A DNA stretch of 64,000 nt from an uncultured Acidobacteriota bacterium (GTDB lineage Bacteria; Acidobacteriota; Thermoanaerobaculia; UBA5066; Gp7-AA6), in the NCBI GenBank assembly GCA_963764715.1, contig CAVXTP010000021.1, positions 320,001 through 384,000 on the forward strand, read 5' to 3'. The notes beneath the pieces were generated by a model. The model was given only the letters and a program-made list of their open reading frames with translations, searched no databases and was not told where the DNA came from. The first letter of the stretch is position 1, and every line of letters starts with the position of its first letter. The translations under genes and the position numbers were made by a program. Of the stretch, positions 60,848 to 64,000 are shown in pieces.

Positions 60848-61441
60848 ATGACGGAGAATCCACCGGCGCCCAGGCCTGAAGAGGTCACGGGTCTCCTGCG
60901 CGCCGCCGAGGCGGGCGACCGGGAGGCCCTGGACCGCGTGTTCTCCGTGCTTTACGGGGAGTTGCGTGCGATCGCCCACCGCCAGCTCCAGGGGGCTCCC
61001 GCCGAGCAGACCCTGTCGACGACCGCCCTCGTCCACGAGGCCTATCTCAAGCTTTCGCGCGGCGCGGGCTGGACGGCGAAGGACCGCCAGCACTTCTTCT
61101 CGCTCGCCGCGCGGGCGATGCGGATGATCCTCGTTGACCAGGCCCGCTCGCGCACCCGGCAGCGCCGCGGCTCCGGGAAACGGCCCCTCGATCTCGAGAA
61201 CGTCGAGATACCCGTCGAGGAGCGCGCCGCCGAGATCGTTGCGCTCGACGAGGCGCTCGTCCGGCTCGGAGAAGTCGACGGCGAGCTCGCGCAGATCGTC
61301 GAGTGGCGGTTCTTTGCCGGGCTCTCCGTGGAGGAGATCGCGGAGATGTCGGGCCGGTCGGAGCGGACGGTCAAGCGGCACTGGCAGGCGGCGCGGGCGT
61401 TTCTCTACCAGGAGCTCGCGGCGCCGGGATCGGAGGCGTGA
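60848..61441 (+). CDS. ECF sigma factor, TIGR02999/ECF43-like (second copy)
   Basis: ATG 60848; TLSTTALVHEAYLKL, ARAMRMILVDQAR, VEWRFFAGLS. Confidence 0.92.
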   Translation: MTENPPAPRPEEVTGLLRAAEAGDREALDRVFSVLYGELRAIAHRQLQGAPAEQTLSTTALVHEAYLKLSRGAGWTAKDRQHFFSLAARAMRMILVDQARSRTRQRRGSGKRPLDLENVEIPVEERAAEIVALDEALVRLGEVDGELAQIVEWRFFAGLSVEEIAEMSGRSERTVKRHWQAARAFLYQELAAPGSEA

Positions 61442-64000
61442 CCACCGGGGGGCGCTGGACCGAGGTCCGCGTGCTCTTCGAAGAGCTCGTCGAGGTTCCG
61501 GCCGAGGAACGCGAGCGCCGGATCGCGGCGCTGCCCGACCCGGACCTGGCCTCGCGTGTCGCACGCCTGCTCGCCGCGGACTCCGAGGCGGGGCGGTTCC
61601 TCGAGACGCCCGCCGTGGCCGTCGCGGGCGGCCTCTTCGACGGCCTCGCCGCCACCGAGAGCGAGGCGCCGCCTCCGGAGCGGATCGGCCCGTACCGGGT
61701 GCTCCGTCGGCTCGGCCGGGGAGGAATGGGGGAGGTGCTCCTCGCCGAGCGCGCGGACGGGCTCTTCGAGCAGAAGGTCGCGATCAAGCTGCTCCGGCGG
61801 GGGATGGCTTCCGACGAGGTCCTCGCGCGCTTCTCGCGCGAGCGCCGGATCCTCGCCCGTCTCGAGCACCCGCACATCGCGCGCCTCCTCGACGGCGGAG
61901 CGACGGAGGACGGGCGGCCGTACTTCGTCATGGAGCTCGTCGAGGGCGAGCCCATCACCGACTACTGCCGCACCCGTGACCTGTCCGTCGAGGAGCGGCT
62001 GCGCCTGCTCGAGGACTGCTGCGACGCCCTGGCGGCGGCGCACCGCAACCTCGTCGTGCATCGGGACCTCAAGCCCTCGAACGTGCTGGTGACCCGCGAC
62101 GGCGAGGTCAAGCTCCTCGACTTCGGCATCGCGAAGCTGCTCGGCCCCGAGGACACGGGCGAGGCCGCGGCCGAGACGCGGACGGAGCTGCGGCTGCTGA
62201 CGCCGGCCTACGCCGCCCCCGAGCAGATCTTCGGGGAGCCCGTCACGACGGCGACGGACGTGTGGGCGCTCGGCGCCCTGGCGTACGAGCTCCTGACCGG
62301 CACGCTGCCGCAGAAGCGGGAGAGCCGGTCGCCCTCCTCGCTCGCCGCGTCTGCCGCCGACGACGTGACGGAGCGCCCCAGCCAGCGCGTCGCCCGCGAG
62401 CCGCTCGCCGCACTGCCGCTCTCCGCGCCGAGGGAGGGAGACCGGCGGCGTCTCGTCAAGCGGCTGCGCGGCGATCTCGACAACGTCGTCCTGGCGGCGC
62501 TTCGCCGGGCGCCCGAGCGCCGCTACGGCTCGGTGACCGCGTTCGCCGGCGACCTGCGCCGCCACCGGGAGGGGCAGCCGGTCAAGGCGCGGCCGGACAC
62601 CGTCGGATATCGCGTCGGCAAGTTCGTCCGGCGCAACCGCGTCGTCGTCGCGGCCGGCATCCTCGTCATCGCGTCCCTCGTGGCGGGGCTCGCGGTCGCG
62701 GCGTGGCAGGCCCGGCGCGCCGAGGCGCACGCGAAGACCGCGGCGGCCGCGGCGCGGCGGGCCGAGAGCGTCAAGGAATTCCTGATCGGCCTCTTCGAGG
62801 TCGCCGATCCGGAGCAGGCCTCGGGCGGGTCGGTCACGGCCAGCGAGCTTCTCGACCAGGCCGGCCGCCGGCTCGAGACGGAGCTCTCCTCCGAGCCCGA
62901 CATCCAGGCGGACCTCCTCGAGGCCGTCGCCCGCATCGACCGGGGCCTCGGCCGGCTCGACACCGCCGGGGACCTCGCGAAGCGCTCGCTCGAGATTCGC
63001 CAGCGCATCCTGCCCTCGGGCGCCGCGGCCATCGGCCGGAGCCTCGCCACGCTCGGCGCCGTCAGCATGTCGAAGGGCCAGCTCGACGAGGCCGAGAAGC
63101 AGATCACCGCGGCGCTCGCGGTCCTGGAGAAGACCGAGCCGCCCGACAGCCTCGCCACGGCGCGCGCGAAGAGCGACTTCGCCCAGGTGCGCTTCTGGAA
63201 AGGCGACGCCATTCCGGCGGAGAAGATCGAGCGCGGCGTCTACGAGACCTACCGGCGCGTGCTGGGCGACGACAACGCGCAGACGGCGATGCACCTGCGC
63301 AACCTCGGCGTGCTTCTCGACGAGCTCGACCGGCTCGACGAGGCCGAGAAGGCGTACCGCGACTCTCAGGCCGTGCTGGTGAAGCGGCTCGGTCCGGACC
63401 ACGTCAACCTCGGGTACAGCTACCTGAACCTCGCGGTCCTGCTCGGGGGGCGGCGCAACCAGTCGGCCGAGGCGGAAGCGCTCTACAAGCGCACGCTCGA
63501 GATCCGCCGCAAAGCGCTCGGCCCGAAGCATCCGACGGTCGGCCAGGCGCTCCAGCTCTCCGGCCTCTTCTACCTGAACCAGGGGCGGCTCGAGGAGTCC
63601 GAGGCTGCCTACGGCGAGGCGCTGGCGCTCTTCTCCGGGATCGACCCGAAGCACTTCGAGGTCGGCAAGTGCAAGAACGGGCTCGCGCTCATCGCCTCCC
63701 GCCGCGGCCGCTACGCCGAGGCCGAGGCCACCATGGCGGAGGTCGAGGCCCTGTTCCGGGAGGTCCTCGGCGAGAAGCATCCCTTCACCTGGCAGGTCCG
63801 CGGAAACCGCGCATCGCAGATCGGGCTGCAGGGCCGGCTCGACGAGGAGGAGTCGCTCGAGCGCGAGGTCGCGGCGAAGCTCGAGGAGCTCAACGGCAAG
63901 GACTCGGGCGAGGCTCTGGACGCGCGCGCGCGGCTGGCGGAAACGCGGCGCAAGCGCGGGCACCCCGACGAGGCCTTGCCCGTGCATCGCGAGGTCCTCG
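61438..64000 (+). CDS. Ser/Thr protein kinase with TM and TPR repeats (runs off right edge)
   Basis: GTGA overlap with the sigma gene; manual translation gives RIGPYRVLRRLGRGGMGEV, VAIK, HRDLKPSN, DFG, YAAPEQ, a TM segment, then TPR-like repeats; absent from the ORF track because no stop is reached. Confidence 0.9.
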   Translation, partial: MTTGGRWTEVRVLFEELVEVPAEERERRIAALPDPDLASRVARLLAADSEAGRFLETPAVAVAGGLFDGLAATESEAPPPERIGPYRVLRRLGRGGMGEVLLAERADGLFEQKVAIKLLRRGMASDEVLARFSRERRILARLEHPHIARLLDGGATEDGRPYFVMELVEGEPITDYCRTRDLSVEERLRLLEDCCDALAAAHRNLVVHRDLKPSNVLVTRDGEVKLLDFGIAKLLGPEDTGEAAAETRTELRLLTPAYAAPEQIFGEPVTTATDVWALGALAYELLTGTLPQKRESRSPSSLAASAADDVTERPSQRVAREPLAALPLSAPREGDRRRLVKRLRGDLDNVVLAALRRAPERRYGSVTAFAGDLRRHREGQPVKARPDTVGYRVGKFVRRNRVVVAAGILVIASLVAGLAVAAWQARRAEAHAKTAAAAARRAESVKEFLIGLFEVADPEQASGGSVTASELLDQAGRRLETELSSEPDIQADLLEAVARIDRGLGRLDTAGDLAKRSLEIRQRILPSGAAAIGRSLATLGAVSMSKGQLDEAEKQITAALAVLEKTEPPDSLATARAKSDFAQVRFWKGDAIPAEKIERGVYETYRRVLGDDNAQTAMHLRNLGVLLDELDRLDEAEKAYRDSQAVLVKRLGPDHVNLGYSYLNLAVLLGGRRNQSAEAEALYKRTLEIRRKALGPKHPTVGQALQLSGLFYLNQGRLEESEAAYGEALALFSGIDPKHFEVGKCKNGLALIASRRGRYAEAEATMAEVEALFREVLGEKHPFTWQVRGNRASQIGLQGRLDEEESLEREVAAKLEELNGKDSGEALDARARLAETRRKRGHPDEALPVHREVL

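Noticed and set aside
785-60851. Very long plus-strand ORFs (e.g. 785-3313, 14546-17953, 55992-60851) and other overlapping frames
   Set aside because: Antisense or shifted shadows of high-GC3 genes; Arg/Gly/Asp-rich with no motifs or RBS
61405-63987. 860-aa minus-strand ORF
   Set aside because: Antisense shadow of the plus-strand kinase starting at 61438

Overview
High-GC (roughly 70% by eye) bacterial DNA; protein types suggest Acidobacteriota/Thermoanaerobaculia (inference only). About 80% of the window is two head-to-tail minus-strand arrays (<1-28916 and 35235-60698) holding 22 paralogous secreted proteins of about 690-820 aa, one truncated by the left edge. Each has a signal peptide, a conserved '[15 protein letters not shown]' cap, a variable parallel beta-helix, an Ig-like domain, an IPT/TIG domain and three Cys-rich SLH-like repeats. 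A 23rd gene carries a GloVer-type repeat passenger on the same anchor. Each array is headed by a divergent, translationally coupled ECF sigma + membrane Ser/Thr kinase pair of ECF43 type. Between the arrays is a CcpA/MauG-family diheme + Tat metallophosphoesterase + SoxA/TsdA-like cytochrome operon; a GNAT gene lies inside array B. Less obvious structure: (1) a GTAG-tagged REP-like hairpin element found only just after paralog stop codons and flanked by a second copy of a paralog 3' tail; (2) orphan C-terminal tails; (3) an unannotated hydrophobic-leader ORF ending in RAPP, a candidate ribosome-arrest peptide; (4) a conserved TTGAC-N14-TTTGTCGAG promoter-like motif. No RT, integrase, transposase, cas or RNA genes were recognised.
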